The notes under the pieces were generated by a model. It saw only the letters and a program-made list of their open reading frames with translations. It ran no database searches and was not told the DNA's origin. The translations under genes were made by a program, and so were the position numbers. A DNA stretch of 64,000 nt from an uncultured Erysipelotrichaceae bacterium (GTDB lineage: Bacteria; Bacillota_I; Bacilli_A; RF39; UBA660), in assembly GCA_902764545.1 (NCBI GenBank), contig CACWWC010000001.1:26482-90481 (forward strand), in the 5' to 3' direction. Each line of letters starts with the position of its first letter. Within the stretch, counting starts at the first letter, position 1. Shown piece after piece: positions 19,219-28,893 of this stretch.

Positions 19219-20607
19219 TTGAATGTAGATATTATTTGGGATAAATTACTAAATAGTGTAAAAGATAAATTATCATCTCTTTCTTATAATACTTGGTTTA
19301 AGGAAACAGAGTTATATAGATTAGAAAATGAAAAGGCATATGTTATTGTTCCAATGCCCATTCATAAAAAACATATGATGGAACACTTTTCAGATATGAT
19401 TAGCTCTTTATTATATGAAATAACAAATACTGAATATGATTTAGTTTTTTTACTGAAAGAGGAAATAGAGGAGGAAGAGGCTTTACAAAAAAAAGAAAGA
19501 AGTCAAGTCAATTCCAATTCAAACAGTTTTAGTAACTCTGGTGGATATAATGTTAATTCAAATTTAAATAATAATTATACTTTTGATAATTTTATTGTTG
19601 GAAATTCTAATAAATTTGCTCACGCTGCGGCCCTGTCAGTTGCTGAAAATCCTGGAAGAATATATAATCCATTATTTCTTTATGGTAACAGTGGAGTAGG
19701 TAAAACACACTTGATGCATGCCATTGGTAACTATATACAAAAAACACTTGAAAAAAAAGTTTTGTATGTAACTAGTGAACAATTTGTTGATGAATTTGTG
19801 AAAACAAATAGAAAAGATGAAAATGGTACAAATTTTAATTATGTTGAATTTTTCAAGGATAAATATAGAAATATTGATGTCTTAATAATAGATGATATTC
19901 AATATCTTGGTGGTGCTCAACAATCACAACAAGAATTTTTTCATACTTTTAATAATTTATTTAATGATAGTAAGCAGATTATAGTATCTTCTGATAGAAG
20001 TCCTGATGATTTAAAGCAATTAGAAGATCGTTTAAGAACAAGGTTTAGTTGGGGACTGAGAGTTAACATTTCTCCACCGGACTATAATTTGAGAAAAGAC
20101 ATTCTAAAAAAGAAAATAATTGCTGGAAGTTTTGAGAAAGATATTCCAGATGATGTTGTAGAATATATTGCTTCTAATATAGGCCCCGATGTTAGACATT
20201 TAGAAGGGGCCATAACAAGATTGATTGCATATTCAACCATTATGGGAGGAGAAAAGATAACATTAGATTTAGCAATCGAAGCACTTAAGGATTTTAATAA
20301 TATGGGAGTAGTGGAAAAGAATGATGTCCACAGAATTCAAAAAATCGTATCAGAATATTTTCAAATTTCTGTTGAAGATATAAGAAGTAAAAAGAGAAGT
20401 TCTAATATCTCTTTTCCACGACAAATTGCTATGTATCTTTGCAGAACAATGACTAGTGAGTCTTTTCCAAAAATTGGAATTGAATTTGGTGGAAAAGATC
20501 ACTCAACAGTTATGCATTCTGTCGAAAAAATTGAAAAAGAGATTCGAGAGAATAAGGACTTAGCAAATATTATAGAAAAATTAAAAAGCGATATTGGGAT
20601 TGTGTGA
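19219..20607 (+). CDS. dnaA: Chromosomal replication initiator protein DnaA
   Basis: AAA+ motifs LFLYGNSGVGKTHLMHAIGN and LIIDDIQYL; domain IV ...GGKDHSTVMHS. Likely TTG start at 19219 (GGGGAG upstream, product MNVDIIWDKLL); the track start at 19201 is also possible. Confidence 0.95.
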   Translation: MNVDIIWDKLLNSVKDKLSSLSYNTWFKETELYRLENEKAYVIVPMPIHKKHMMEHFSDMISSLLYEITNTEYDLVFLLKEEIEEEEALQKKERSQVNSNSNSFSNSGGYNVNSNLNNNYTFDNFIVGNSNKFAHAAALSVAENPGRIYNPLFLYGNSGVGKTHLMHAIGNYIQKTLEKKVLYVTSEQFVDEFVKTNRKDENGTNFNYVEFFKDKYRNIDVLIIDDIQYLGGAQQSQQEFFHTFNNLFNDSKQIIVSSDRSPDDLKQLEDRLRTRFSWGLRVNISPPDYNLRKDILKKKIIAGSFEKDIPDDVVEYIASNIGPDVRHLEGAITRLIAYSTIMGGEKITLDLAIEALKDFNNMGVVEKNDVHRIQKIVSEYFQISVEDIRSKKRSSNISFPRQIAMYLCRTMTSESFPKIGIEFGGKDHSTVMHSVEKIEKEIRENKDLANIIEKLKSDIGIV

Positions 20608-20626
20608 AATTTTTAATTATAAACAA

Positions 20627-20716
20627 TTTTTCCACAACTTAAAATTATTTTATTAGTTTAAATATAAGGATTTTGTTATTTTTAAACAATTTCCACAGTA
20701 ATAATATAAATAACAA
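20627..20716. promoter_or_regulatory. dnaA-dnaN intergenic DnaA boxes with adjacent TAA-repeat run (incC/DUE-like part of oriC)
   Basis: ttttccaca at 20627-20635 and atttccaca at 20689-20697. The second is followed after one G by TAA TAA TAT AAA TAA (20699-20713), which resembles a DnaA-trio array. Confidence 0.5.
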
Positions 20717-20735
20717 AGAAAGAAGGAATAAATAT

Positions 20736-21863
20736 ATGAAATTTACAATAAAAAAAGAATTATTATTTGATGCATTGTTAAAGGTCTCTAAGGCATTATC
20801 AACAAAAAACTTAATACCTGTTTTAGGGGGAATAAAATTTGAATTAAAAAAGAAGAAATTAATTTTAACTGCTAGTGATAATGATATTACAATACAGACA
20901 GTTATTGAAAGTATATCTGAAGATGAATTTAAAATTGAGAGTGAAGGAAGTATTATTATTCAAGGTAAATATATATTAGATATTGTGCGTAAATTACCTG
21001 ATAAATATATTAATATTGAAGTTATTGATGAATTGAAGATTCTTATTTATACTGAGAATAGCGAATTTAATTTAAATGGCATAAGTGAGTCTGAGTATCC
21101 AAATGTAGGATTAGAAGAAAGTAAGAAAAAAATTGACATCAGCGCGGGGGTTTTAAAAAATATTGTTAGTCAAACAGCTTTTGCTACATCAAATGAAGAA
21201 AGCAAACCAGTATTGACAGGAATTAATTTTAATATTGTTGGTGATATTTTAGAATGTAATTCTACGGATTCATATCGTTTAGCAAGAAAGGTAGTTAAAT
21301 TAGATAAGGTTAGCGATGAAGCATATAATATTGTTATCCCTAGCCATAATCTTCTTGAATTTGTTAAGATTGTTGGAGAGGATGAAGATATAGTTGAATT
21401 ACATATATTTAATAATAAAATATTATTCAAAAAAGATAATTTAAAATTTGAATCAAGATTAATAAATGGCACTTATCCTAATACCTCCAATTTATTGCCA
21501 GAAGATTCCTTATTGATAGTGAGTACTAATTTGAATGATTTTTACAATGTTATTGATCGTGTTAGTATTTTAACTAGTGATAAAGAAAAAAACATTGTTA
21601 CTTTAGAAACCAATGGTAATATATTGGTCCTAAAAAGTAGTTCTGTTGAAATTGGAAGAGTTGAAGAGAAAATGAATATTATAAAAAATAATGAAGAGGA
21701 CATAAAAATATCTTTTAGTGCTAAATATATGATGGAAGCTTTAAAGAGTTTTTCCACAGAAAATGTTAATTTGCATTTTGTAGGTGATGTTAAGCCTATA
21801 TTAATTAAATCTTCCGAGGACGAAAGTCTTACCCAGTTAGTTTTGCCTATTAGAACGTATTAA
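20736..21863 (+). CDS. dnaN: DNA polymerase III beta sliding clamp
   Basis: Track ORF is over-extended from 20673. ATG at 20736 preceded by AGAAGGAA gives MKFTIKKELLFDALLKVSKA... and ends ...QLVLPIRTY, typical of DnaN. Confidence 0.95.
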   Translation: MKFTIKKELLFDALLKVSKALSTKNLIPVLGGIKFELKKKKLILTASDNDITIQTVIESISEDEFKIESEGSIIIQGKYILDIVRKLPDKYINIEVIDELKILIYTENSEFNLNGISESEYPNVGLEESKKKIDISAGVLKNIVSQTAFATSNEESKPVLTGINFNIVGDILECNSTDSYRLARKVVKLDKVSDEAYNIVIPSHNLLEFVKIVGEDEDIVELHIFNNKILFKKDNLKFESRLINGTYPNTSNLLPEDSLLIVSTNLNDFYNVIDRVSILTSDKEKNIVTLETNGNILVLKSSSVEIGRVEEKMNIIKNNEEDIKISFSAKYMMEALKSFSTENVNLHFVGDVKPILIKSSEDESLTQLVLPIRTY

Positions 21864-22033
21864 AAAATATCCACAATAATTGTGGCTTTTTTTTCGCTTT
21901 TTATATTATTAATGAAATTTGTTGAAAAAAAAAGTAATTTTCTACAAATTTTGACAAAATTCTACATTTTTATTTGGTATTAATATTTGTGGAAGCCTTA
22001 CTTCGGCTTCCAAGAAGGGGGATTCAATTGAAA

Positions 22034-22480
22034 ATGAAGTATGAAATTAGTAAAGGTACTTTGGCTATTATTCCAAATGAAAAAAATAGTAGTCTGGTAT
22101 ATGAAGATGAGGAGAGGTATGTTGTAAATGAAAAACCATTTAATATCATGGACTCAAGTTGTAGATATTTTGGTAGTTCATATGAGGGAAGAAAAGAAGG
22201 CGCTAAAAGTATTTTAGGAGCAGAGTATAAAGTTCCAATTGTAGTAGAAGATTCTGAAAATCTAATTGTCTTTCCTACAACATCACCTTATGCAGATGAC
22301 TGTGCATGGATATCTTTAAGAAGGGTGCATAATATTTATAAAATAGATGCTAATAATAGTAGGGTAGTATTTGATAATAATAAAGAAATAATTGTACCAT
22401 GTTCTTTCAGAAGCCTTGAAAATCAGTTATCAAGAGCATCAAGACTTGATTTAGTACTTCGAAACAGAAAAAATAGTTAG
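22034..22480 (+). CDS. comK: ComK-family competence transcription factor
   Basis: Start re-called at ATG 22034 (AAGAAGGGGG upstream). SCRYFGSSYEGRKEGA, KVPIVVED, IVFPTTSP and CAWISL line up with B. subtilis ComK SCRFFGSSYAGRKAG, KPPIMVD, FLFPTLS and CGWIS (from memory). Confidence 0.8.
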   Translation: MKYEISKGTLAIIPNEKNSSLVYEDEERYVVNEKPFNIMDSSCRYFGSSYEGRKEGAKSILGAEYKVPIVVEDSENLIVFPTTSPYADDCAWISLRRVHNIYKIDANNSRVVFDNNKEIIVPCSFRSLENQLSRASRLDLVLRNRKNS

Positions 22481-22593
22481 AGATAACTATTTTTTCGTGC
22501 TTTTTATGGCCTTTTATGATATCATATTAATGTATGTATAGGAATACCGTAATAGGGGATAGGTGATTATATGAGTCTTTTTAGCGGGTTTAA

Positions 22594-23706
22594 ATGAAAG
22601 TAACTAAAATTAATTTGATAAATTTTAGAAATTATTCTAAAGTTAATATATCTTTATGTAATAATATGAATATTTTTGTAGGAGATAATGCGCAAGGAAA
22701 GACAAATATGCTTGAAGCAATAGTAATTCTTGCTTTAACAAAATCACATAGAATTGGATTTAATCCTAATATTATAATGTTTGAAAAAAATAAATGTAAA
22801 ATTAATGGAACGATAAAAAAAAATAAAATAATTACAAAATTAGGTATTGAAATTACTGAGAAAGAAAAAAAACATTTTATTAATAATAATTTGATAAAAA
22901 GAGTATCTGATTATATTTCAAATTTAAATGTTATTGTCTTTACTCCTGATGATTTAGAAATTGTAAAGGGTTCTCCCAGCGTAAGGAGAAATTTATTAAA
23001 TATTCAATTATCTCAGATTTCAAGTGAATATTTAAAAACATATAATGAATATAATAAACTTTTAAAAACTAGAAATGAATATTTAAAAATACTTTTTAAT
23101 AATAATATTGCGGATATAAATTATCTTGATATTATTACCGATAAACTAATTGAAAAAGCAATTTTTATTTATCAAAAAAGAAAAGAGTATATTGATTTAG
23201 TAAATGTTAATTTCAATAAAATTTTTAAAGAAATATCTGGAACTAGTGGAATAGCAGTTAAATATGTTACTAATGTAGATTTTTTAGATTTTGATTATGA
23301 GACTATTAGAAAAAAATTAAAACATATTTTCAAAAAAAATTATAATAAAGAGCTAAATTACGGAATGACTATATATGGTCCTCATAGAGATGATTTTTAT
23401 TTTGATTTATTAAATAATGATTTAAAATATTTTGGATCTCAAGGACAGCAAAAATTAGCGATACTTTCTTTTAAAATATCAGAAATATCAATCTTTAAGG
23501 AAATAAGTGGATATTCACCTGTATTATTACTTGATGATATATTTAGTGAGTTAGATATAAAGAAAAGGAATAGATTGCTAAAATTAATTAACATCGATGA
23601 TGTTCAGAGCATTATTACAACAACTGATTTAAAAAGTATTAATAAAAAATATATTGATAATGCATATATTTTTTGTGTTAAGAATGGTCAAATTGAAAGA
23701 AAGTAG
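22594..23706 (+). CDS. recF: DNA replication and repair protein RecF
   Basis: 370 aa. LINFRNY, Walker [17 protein letters not shown], signature [15 protein letters not shown], Walker [12 protein letters not shown]. Confidence 0.92.
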   Translation: MKVTKINLINFRNYSKVNISLCNNMNIFVGDNAQGKTNMLEAIVILALTKSHRIGFNPNIIMFEKNKCKINGTIKKNKIITKLGIEITEKEKKHFINNNLIKRVSDYISNLNVIVFTPDDLEIVKGSPSVRRNLLNIQLSQISSEYLKTYNEYNKLLKTRNEYLKILFNNNIADINYLDIITDKLIEKAIFIYQKRKEYIDLVNVNFNKIFKEISGTSGIAVKYVTNVDFLDFDYETIRKKLKHIFKKNYNKELNYGMTIYGPHRDDFYFDLLNNDLKYFGSQGQQKLAILSFKISEISIFKEISGYSPVLLLDDIFSELDIKKRNRLLKLINIDDVQSIITTTDLKSINKKYIDNAYIFCVKNGQIERK

Positions 23707-23714
23707 GGATTATT

Positions 23715-25643
23715 ATGGAAGATACAAAAGTAGAAAAAGAGTATGACTCTTCTGCCATACAAGTATTAGAGGGGTTGGAAGCTGTTAGAAAGAGACCTGG
23801 TATGTATATAGGTAGTACTAGTTCTAGAGGTCTTCATCATTTGGTATGGGAAATAGTTGATAATGCTATAGATGAAGCTTTAGCTGGATATTGTAAACAT
23901 ATTGAAGTAACTATATGTAAGGATAATAGTATTATTGTAAAAGATGATGGACGAGGTATACCTGTTGATATTCATCCAAAGACGGGAAAGAGTACAGTAG
24001 AGACTGTCTATACAGTGCTTCATGCAGGAGGAAAATTTGGAGGCGGAGGATATAAAGTTTCCGGAGGTCTTCATGGTGTTGGAGCTAGTGTTGTTAATGC
24101 ACTAAGTGATTGGCTAGAAGTTAAGGTTTATCGTGATGGAAATGTTTATTATCAAAGATACAGTAGAGGAGGACATCCTGATAATGATTTGAAAATTGTG
24201 GATAGTTGCGATAAGGATAGAACCGGTACAAGTGTGCATTTTTTACCAGATGATGAGATTTTTACTGAAACTACAGTATATGACTATGAAATATTGAAAA
24301 CAAGGCTTAAAGAATTGGCATTTTTAAATAAAGGCTTAAGAATAACTCTTTATGATGACAGAGAGGCAGATAAAAAAGATTCTTTTTGTTATGAAGGCGG
24401 GTTAGTTGAGTATGTAGAGATGCTTAATAAAAATAAAAATCCAATTCATGAGACAATTGTTGATGTTGAGGGGGAAGAAAAGGATATCAAAGTCGAAGTT
24501 GCTTTACAGTATAATGAGACATATAATTCTAGTATTTATTCTTTTGTTAATAATATTACTACACCAGAGGGCGGAACACACGAAGATGGAGTTAGAAGAG
24601 CATTAACAAGAATATTGAACAGATATGCTCAAAATAATGGATTTTTAAAAGAAAAGGATGATCCGTTGACTGGTGATGATGTACGAGAAGGGATTACAAT
24701 GATTATTTCAGTTAAACACCCTAATCCACAATTTGAAGGACAAACTAAAACAAAACTTGGAAATAGTGAGGTTAGAGGTGTTGCAGATAAGGTTTTTTCA
24801 GAGTCATTTGAAAGATTTTTGATGGAAAATCCTGATCAGGCAAAAGTAATTATTGATAAATCAATGACTGCAAGTAGAGCTAGAGTTGCAGCAAAAAAAG
24901 CACGTGAATTAACAAGAAGAAAAGGGGATCTTGATGTTACTAATTTTTATGGTAAATTATCTGATTGTAAGAGTAAAGATGCATCTGTATCAGAGATATT
25001 TTTGGTAGAGGGAGATTCTGCCGGGGGCTCTGCTATTAAAGGTAGGGATTCTATGACACAAGCAATACTTCCATTACGAGGAAAAATATTAAATGTAGAA
25101 AAAGCAAGACTAGATAGAGCTTTGGGAAATGAAGAAATTAGAACAATTATTACTGCTTTTGGAACTGGAATTGGTGACGAGTTTGATTTATCAAAATTAA
25201 GATATCATAAAATAATAATTATGACTGATGCTGATGTTGATGGTAGTCATATTAGAGTTTTACTTTTGACATTATTTTATCGTTTTTTCAGACCAATTGT
25301 TGAGGCCGGGCATGTATATGCTGCACAACCACCTTTATTTTGTATTAAACATGGAAAAACAATTAAATATGTTTTGAACGAAGAGGAAAGAGATGAATAT
25401 TTATCAACTTTGAATCAAAATACAAAATATGAAATAACTCGTATGAAGGGTTTAGGAGAAATGGATGCTGAGGAGTTAAATGAAACAACAATGGATATTA
25501 AATCTCGTGTTTTAAGACAAATAACTGTGGAGGATACTATTGCAGCTGATGAGGTCTTTTCAAAGTTAATGGGTGAAGAAGTTGAGCCTAGACGTGAATT
25601 TATTGAAACAAATGCGCCATACGCAAATAATTTAGATATTTAG
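23715..25643 (+). CDS. gyrB: DNA gyrase subunit B
   Basis: 642 aa. [25 protein letters not shown], the EGDSAGG Toprim motif, and C-terminal ...REFIETNA. Confidence 0.97.
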   Translation: MEDTKVEKEYDSSAIQVLEGLEAVRKRPGMYIGSTSSRGLHHLVWEIVDNAIDEALAGYCKHIEVTICKDNSIIVKDDGRGIPVDIHPKTGKSTVETVYTVLHAGGKFGGGGYKVSGGLHGVGASVVNALSDWLEVKVYRDGNVYYQRYSRGGHPDNDLKIVDSCDKDRTGTSVHFLPDDEIFTETTVYDYEILKTRLKELAFLNKGLRITLYDDREADKKDSFCYEGGLVEYVEMLNKNKNPIHETIVDVEGEEKDIKVEVALQYNETYNSSIYSFVNNITTPEGGTHEDGVRRALTRILNRYAQNNGFLKEKDDPLTGDDVREGITMIISVKHPNPQFEGQTKTKLGNSEVRGVADKVFSESFERFLMENPDQAKVIIDKSMTASRARVAAKKARELTRRKGDLDVTNFYGKLSDCKSKDASVSEIFLVEGDSAGGSAIKGRDSMTQAILPLRGKILNVEKARLDRALGNEEIRTIITAFGTGIGDEFDLSKLRYHKIIIMTDADVDGSHIRVLLLTLFYRFFRPIVEAGHVYAAQPPLFCIKHGKTIKYVLNEEERDEYLSTLNQNTKYEITRMKGLGEMDAEELNETTMDIKSRVLRQITVEDTIAADEVFSKLMGEEVEPRREFIETNAPYANNLDI

Positions 25644-25655
25644 GAGGTTTATAAA

Positions 25656-28109
25656 ATGGATAGATTAGAAAAAAATAATATTGTACAAGAAGTGCAGGAC
25701 TCATTTTTAGAGTATTCCATGAGTGTTATTGTTGCACGTGCTCTTCCAGACTTAAGAGATGGATTAAAACCTGTTCATAGACGTATTTTATATTCGATGT
25801 ATGAATCTGGATATACTCCTGATAAACCTCATAAGAAGAGTGCAAGAATTGTTGGAGATGTTATGGGTAAATATCATCCTCATGGAGATTCTTCAATTTA
25901 TGAAGCTATGGTTAGGATGGCTCAGGATTTTTCATATAGATATATGTTGGTTGATGGACATGGAAATTTTGGTAATATTGAAGGATATGGTGCAGCAGCA
26001 ATGAGATATACCGAATCGCGTTTATCAAAAATTTCGTTAGAATTATTAAAAAATATTAATAAAGATACTGTTGATTTTATACCAAATTTTGATGAGAGTG
26101 AAAGAGAGCCCGAGGTTTTGCCATCAAGGTTTCCAAACATTTTGGTAAATGGTACGACAGGTATTGCAGTAGGAATGGCAACAAATATTCCACCACATAA
26201 TTTAAGTGAAGTAATTGACGGTTGTGTAGCTTATATTGACAATCAAGATATAGATTTAGATGAATTAATGAAATATATTAAAGGTCCTGATTTTCCTACG
26301 GGGGCAACAATTTTAGGTAATAGTGGTATTAGAAAAGCATATGAAACAGGAAGAGGAACAATAACAATAAGAAGTAAAGCAACAATAGAAGAAACGAATG
26401 GCAGACAATATATCATTATTGATGAAGTCCCTTATGGTGTTAATACATTAGAATTAAAAAATAAGGTTGCAGAACTTGTTCATAATAAAACAATTGAAGG
26501 TATTGCTGATTATCACTCAGATTTAAAAAATGGAATTAAAATCACTATTACATTAAAAAAAGATGCAAATGCGCAAGTTGTATTAAATAAATTGTATAAG
26601 CATACTCAATTTCAGACAACATATGGAATTATTTTCTTAATGTTAGATCAGGGAGTACCAAAAACATTAGGATTGAAAGATATAATCTCAAAATATATAG
26701 ATTATCAAAAAGAAGTAATTATTAGGAGAACAAAATTTGATCTTGATGTAGCTGAAAAGAGAGTTCATATTTTAGAAGGATTGAAGATTGCTTTAGATAA
26801 TATTGATGCTGTTATAAAAGTGATTAGGGGATCTAAATCAGATGAAGAAGCAAGGCAAGGATTAATAAATGGTTTCTCATTAACTGAAATACAAGCTAAT
26901 GCAATACTAGAAATGAGATTACGTCGTTTAACTGGTTTAGAGCGCGAAAAAATAGAAAATGAGCTTAATGACTTACTAAAATTAATTGATGATTTAAAAG
27001 CGATTTTAGCTAGCGATGAAAGGATATTAGAAGTAATTAAGAATGAATTGTTGGAAATTAAACAAAAATATGGAGATGAGAGAAGAACAAATATTGATAT
27101 GACTGCTATTGAATATATTGAAGATGAATCTCTTATACCAGAAGAAAATGTAATTATTAATTTAACAAAAAATGGTTATATAAAAAGATTGAGGACTGAT
27201 ACTTACAAAACTCAAAATAGAGGAGGAGTGGGAATTAAAGGTATGACCACAAATGAAGAAGACTTTGTGGAAAGAATTTTATCTATGAGTACACATGATT
27301 ATTTATTATTCTTTTCAAATAAGGGAAGAGTATATAGAATTAAGGGATATGAGGTTCCAGAGTTTTCTAGACAGTCAAAGGGTTTACCAATTGTAAATTT
27401 ATTACCTTTAGAGAAAGATGAGAACATTAGTTCGATATTAAGCGTCAAACCTAATGATGATTTTACTAAATATTTGCTATTTTGCACGAAAAAAGGAATT
27501 GTTAAAAGAACTGCTATTGAAGAGTTTGATAATATTAGAAAAGGTGGAAAAATAGCGATTGTTTTGAGAGATGATGATGAATTAATTAGTGTAAAAAAGA
27601 CCTGTGGAAAAAATGAGATTGTTATTGGTGCAAGTAATGGAAGAATGGTTAGGTTTGATGAAAATGAAATTCGTTGCATGGGAAGAAGTAGTTCTGGTGT
27701 TAAAGGTATAGAATTAGATGGAGCTATTGTTGTTGGTGCAGATGCTGTTGAATCTGGACATATGGTTTTAATTGTTACGGAGAATGGATATGGGAAGAAA
27801 TCTTTAATTGATGAATATAGATTAACGCATAGAGGAAGCAAAGGTGTTAAAGCATATAATGTTACTGAAAAGAATGGAGTAATGGTTTCTCTAAAATGTT
27901 TTAATCCAAATGCTGAATTAGACTTAATTATTATGACAGATAGTGGAATAATCATAAAATTACCATTAGAGCAAGTATCAACATTAAAAAGAGCAACGCA
28001 AGGAATTAGATTGATGAATCTAAAAGATGATCAAAGAGTTTCTACTGTTGCTTTAGTGGAAAAAGAGGATATTATTGAAAATACAGATGCTGATGATAAT
28101 AATTCTTGA
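25656..28109 (+). CDS. gyrA: DNA gyrase subunit A
   Basis: 817 aa. [19 protein letters not shown], the QRDR-like segment [17 protein letters not shown], the active-site AAMRYTE, and a beta-pinwheel C-terminal domain. Confidence 0.97.
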   Translation: MDRLEKNNIVQEVQDSFLEYSMSVIVARALPDLRDGLKPVHRRILYSMYESGYTPDKPHKKSARIVGDVMGKYHPHGDSSIYEAMVRMAQDFSYRYMLVDGHGNFGNIEGYGAAAMRYTESRLSKISLELLKNINKDTVDFIPNFDESEREPEVLPSRFPNILVNGTTGIAVGMATNIPPHNLSEVIDGCVAYIDNQDIDLDELMKYIKGPDFPTGATILGNSGIRKAYETGRGTITIRSKATIEETNGRQYIIIDEVPYGVNTLELKNKVAELVHNKTIEGIADYHSDLKNGIKITITLKKDANAQVVLNKLYKHTQFQTTYGIIFLMLDQGVPKTLGLKDIISKYIDYQKEVIIRRTKFDLDVAEKRVHILEGLKIALDNIDAVIKVIRGSKSDEEARQGLINGFSLTEIQANAILEMRLRRLTGLEREKIENELNDLLKLIDDLKAILASDERILEVIKNELLEIKQKYGDERRTNIDMTAIEYIEDESLIPEENVIINLTKNGYIKRLRTDTYKTQNRGGVGIKGMTTNEEDFVERILSMSTHDYLLFFSNKGRVYRIKGYEVPEFSRQSKGLPIVNLLPLEKDENISSILSVKPNDDFTKYLLFCTKKGIVKRTAIEEFDNIRKGGKIAIVLRDDDELISVKKTCGKNEIVIGASNGRMVRFDENEIRCMGRSSSGVKGIELDGAIVVGADAVESGHMVLIVTENGYGKKSLIDEYRLTHRGSKGVKAYNVTEKNGVMVSLKCFNPNAELDLIIMTDSGIIIKLPLEQVSTLKRATQGIRLMNLKDDQRVSTVALVEKEDIIENTDADDNNS

Positions 28110-28124
28110 TTTATGAATAAAAAG

Positions 28125-28153
28125 CAAAGACTATTATTAGTCTTTGTTTTTTT
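28125..28153 (+). terminator. Rho-independent terminator of gyrA
   Basis: caaagacta (28125-28133), loop ttat, tagtctttg (28138-28146), then seven T. Confidence 0.8.
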
Positions 28154-28162
28154 ATAATTATA

Positions 28163-28178
28163 TGTTTCACGTGAAACT
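28163..28178. other. parS: parS centromere-like site 1
   Basis: TGTTTCACGTGAAACt matches 15 of 16 positions of the palindromic parS consensus TGTTNCACGTGAAACA. The inner 14 bp are a perfect palindrome. It is followed directly by the DnaA-box-like ttttccaca (28179-28187). Confidence 0.85.
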
Positions 28179-28241
28179 TTTTCCACAGTTTTTGTTATTA
28201 AATTTATATGAAGATTTAACTTATTTTAATTATACTTTTAA

Positions 28242-28250
28242 ATTTCCACA
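28242..28250 (+). promoter_or_regulatory. DnaA-box-like 9-mer
   Basis: atttccaca, 7 of 9 to TTATCCACA. It is the same variant as at 20689 and, in complement, the oriC box at 19050. Confidence 0.4.
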
Positions 28251-28610
28251 AAAATAGTATTTATTTTATTAATTAATTATTTTTCTTAAAGATATTATTT
28301 CAATTGTATTACTATATTAGACTTTTTTACATAATAAAAGCATAAACTTCAATAATTTAAAATTGTAAAATGATATTTTTTAAGTTTGGAGATTTAATTA
28401 TCTATTAGAAAAGACGTATAAGATGTTAGAAAATTATAAAAGTATTAACATTATTTTTAATTTTTAAGAATTAATAATTAATCACTTTTGTTAAGCTTAA
28501 AATATTCTTTATATAATAACTTAAATCCTAAAAAAGATTTAAAGTTTATTTATGATATAAATCTAAAAATAAAATTAAAATGAGTTTTGAATGATTACAA
28601 TAATGAAAAT

Positions 28611-28626
28611 TATTTCCCGGGAAATA
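28611..28626. other. Noc-binding site (NBS) palindrome 1
   Basis: TATTTCCCGGGAAATA is identical to the 16-bp B. subtilis NBS consensus (core ATTTCCCGGGAAAT). It is embedded in a 26-bp perfect palindrome at 28606-28631. Confidence 0.8.
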
Positions 28627-28673
28627 ATTTTTATTAATTAAAAATCACCCTATGTATATTATATTTTTTCAAA

Positions 28674-28723
28674 AAAATTATTTCCCAAAATTATTTCCCA
28701 AAATTATTTCCCGGGAAATAATT
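28674..28723. repeat. Three tandem 13-bp NBS half-site repeats, the last completing NBS palindrome 2
   Basis: aaaattatttccc x3 at 28674-28686, 28687-28699 and 28700-28712. The third runs into gggaaataatt, giving TATTTCCCGGGAAATA at 28705-28720 within a 22-bp palindrome (28702-28723). Confidence 0.8.
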
Positions 28724-28770
28724 CTTATTTATTTAAATGTATTAGTGATTTATAATTTTTAAATATTTAT

Positions 28771-28839
28771 TTTTCCACAATAATTGTGATTTTTTTTATG
28801 ATTGTTATTTGTTAAATTCTTAAATATATTTTATCCACA
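28771..28839. promoter_or_regulatory. DnaA boxes, including one perfect consensus box
   Basis: ttttccaca at 28771-28779 forms an inverted pair with tcacaatta (ccacaataattgtg). TTATCCACA at 28831-28839 is a 9 of 9 match to the consensus. Confidence 0.6.
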
Positions 28840-28877
28840 TTAATTGATTTGCTTTTAATATGGCTAATAAGTTGTAA

Positions 28878-28893
28878 TGTTTCACGTGAAACT
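28878..28893. other. parS: parS centromere-like site 2
   Basis: TGTTTCACGTGAAACt, identical to site 1, followed by ttttcaca. Together with flanks it forms a 24-26 bp direct repeat of the 28162-28187 element. Confidence 0.85.

Noticed and set aside
20673-20735. N-terminal extensions in the ORF track for dnaN. The same applies to comK (21974), tadA (29006), the yabB-like gene (33977), the hypothetical (39477), metG (40449), tatD (42018), sipW (44099), divIC (47663), the YfcC-like gene (55168), mrnC (58334), nusG (61149), rplK (61899) and rplJ (63198).
   Set aside because: In each case an internal start codon has a properly spaced Shine-Dalgarno sequence and yields the canonical family N-terminus. 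The extensions overlap upstream genes, RNAs or regulatory DNA.
21900-21975. Possible ComK K-boxes (AAAA-N5-TTTT pairs) and repeated ttctaca motifs upstream of comK, suggesting autoregulation.
   Set aside because: A/T tracts of this kind occur by chance everywhere in this AT-rich DNA. The spacings I could read (for example aaaa-ttctaca-tttt, N7) do not fit the canonical N5 box.
27299-27955. 218-aa ORF antisense to gyrA. Similar long antisense ORFs occur at 15717-16283 (opposite mnmE), 1649-2134 (opposite the M23 gene and dnaB), 15004-15348, 6249-6563, 7545-7868 and 12353-12655.
   Set aside because: All lie fully inside strongly supported genes on the other strand. Their products are Ser/Leu/Ile/Phe-rich low-complexity sequences with no motifs, and they lack convincing SD sequences. 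Long stop-free antisense frames are expected opposite A/G-rich coding strands in AT-rich genomes.
28674-28712. Tandem 13-bp repeats considered as a possible CRISPR array or minisatellite.
   Set aside because: There are only three contiguous copies with no spacers and no cas genes. The unit is exactly an NBS half-site, so it is interpreted as a protein-binding array instead.
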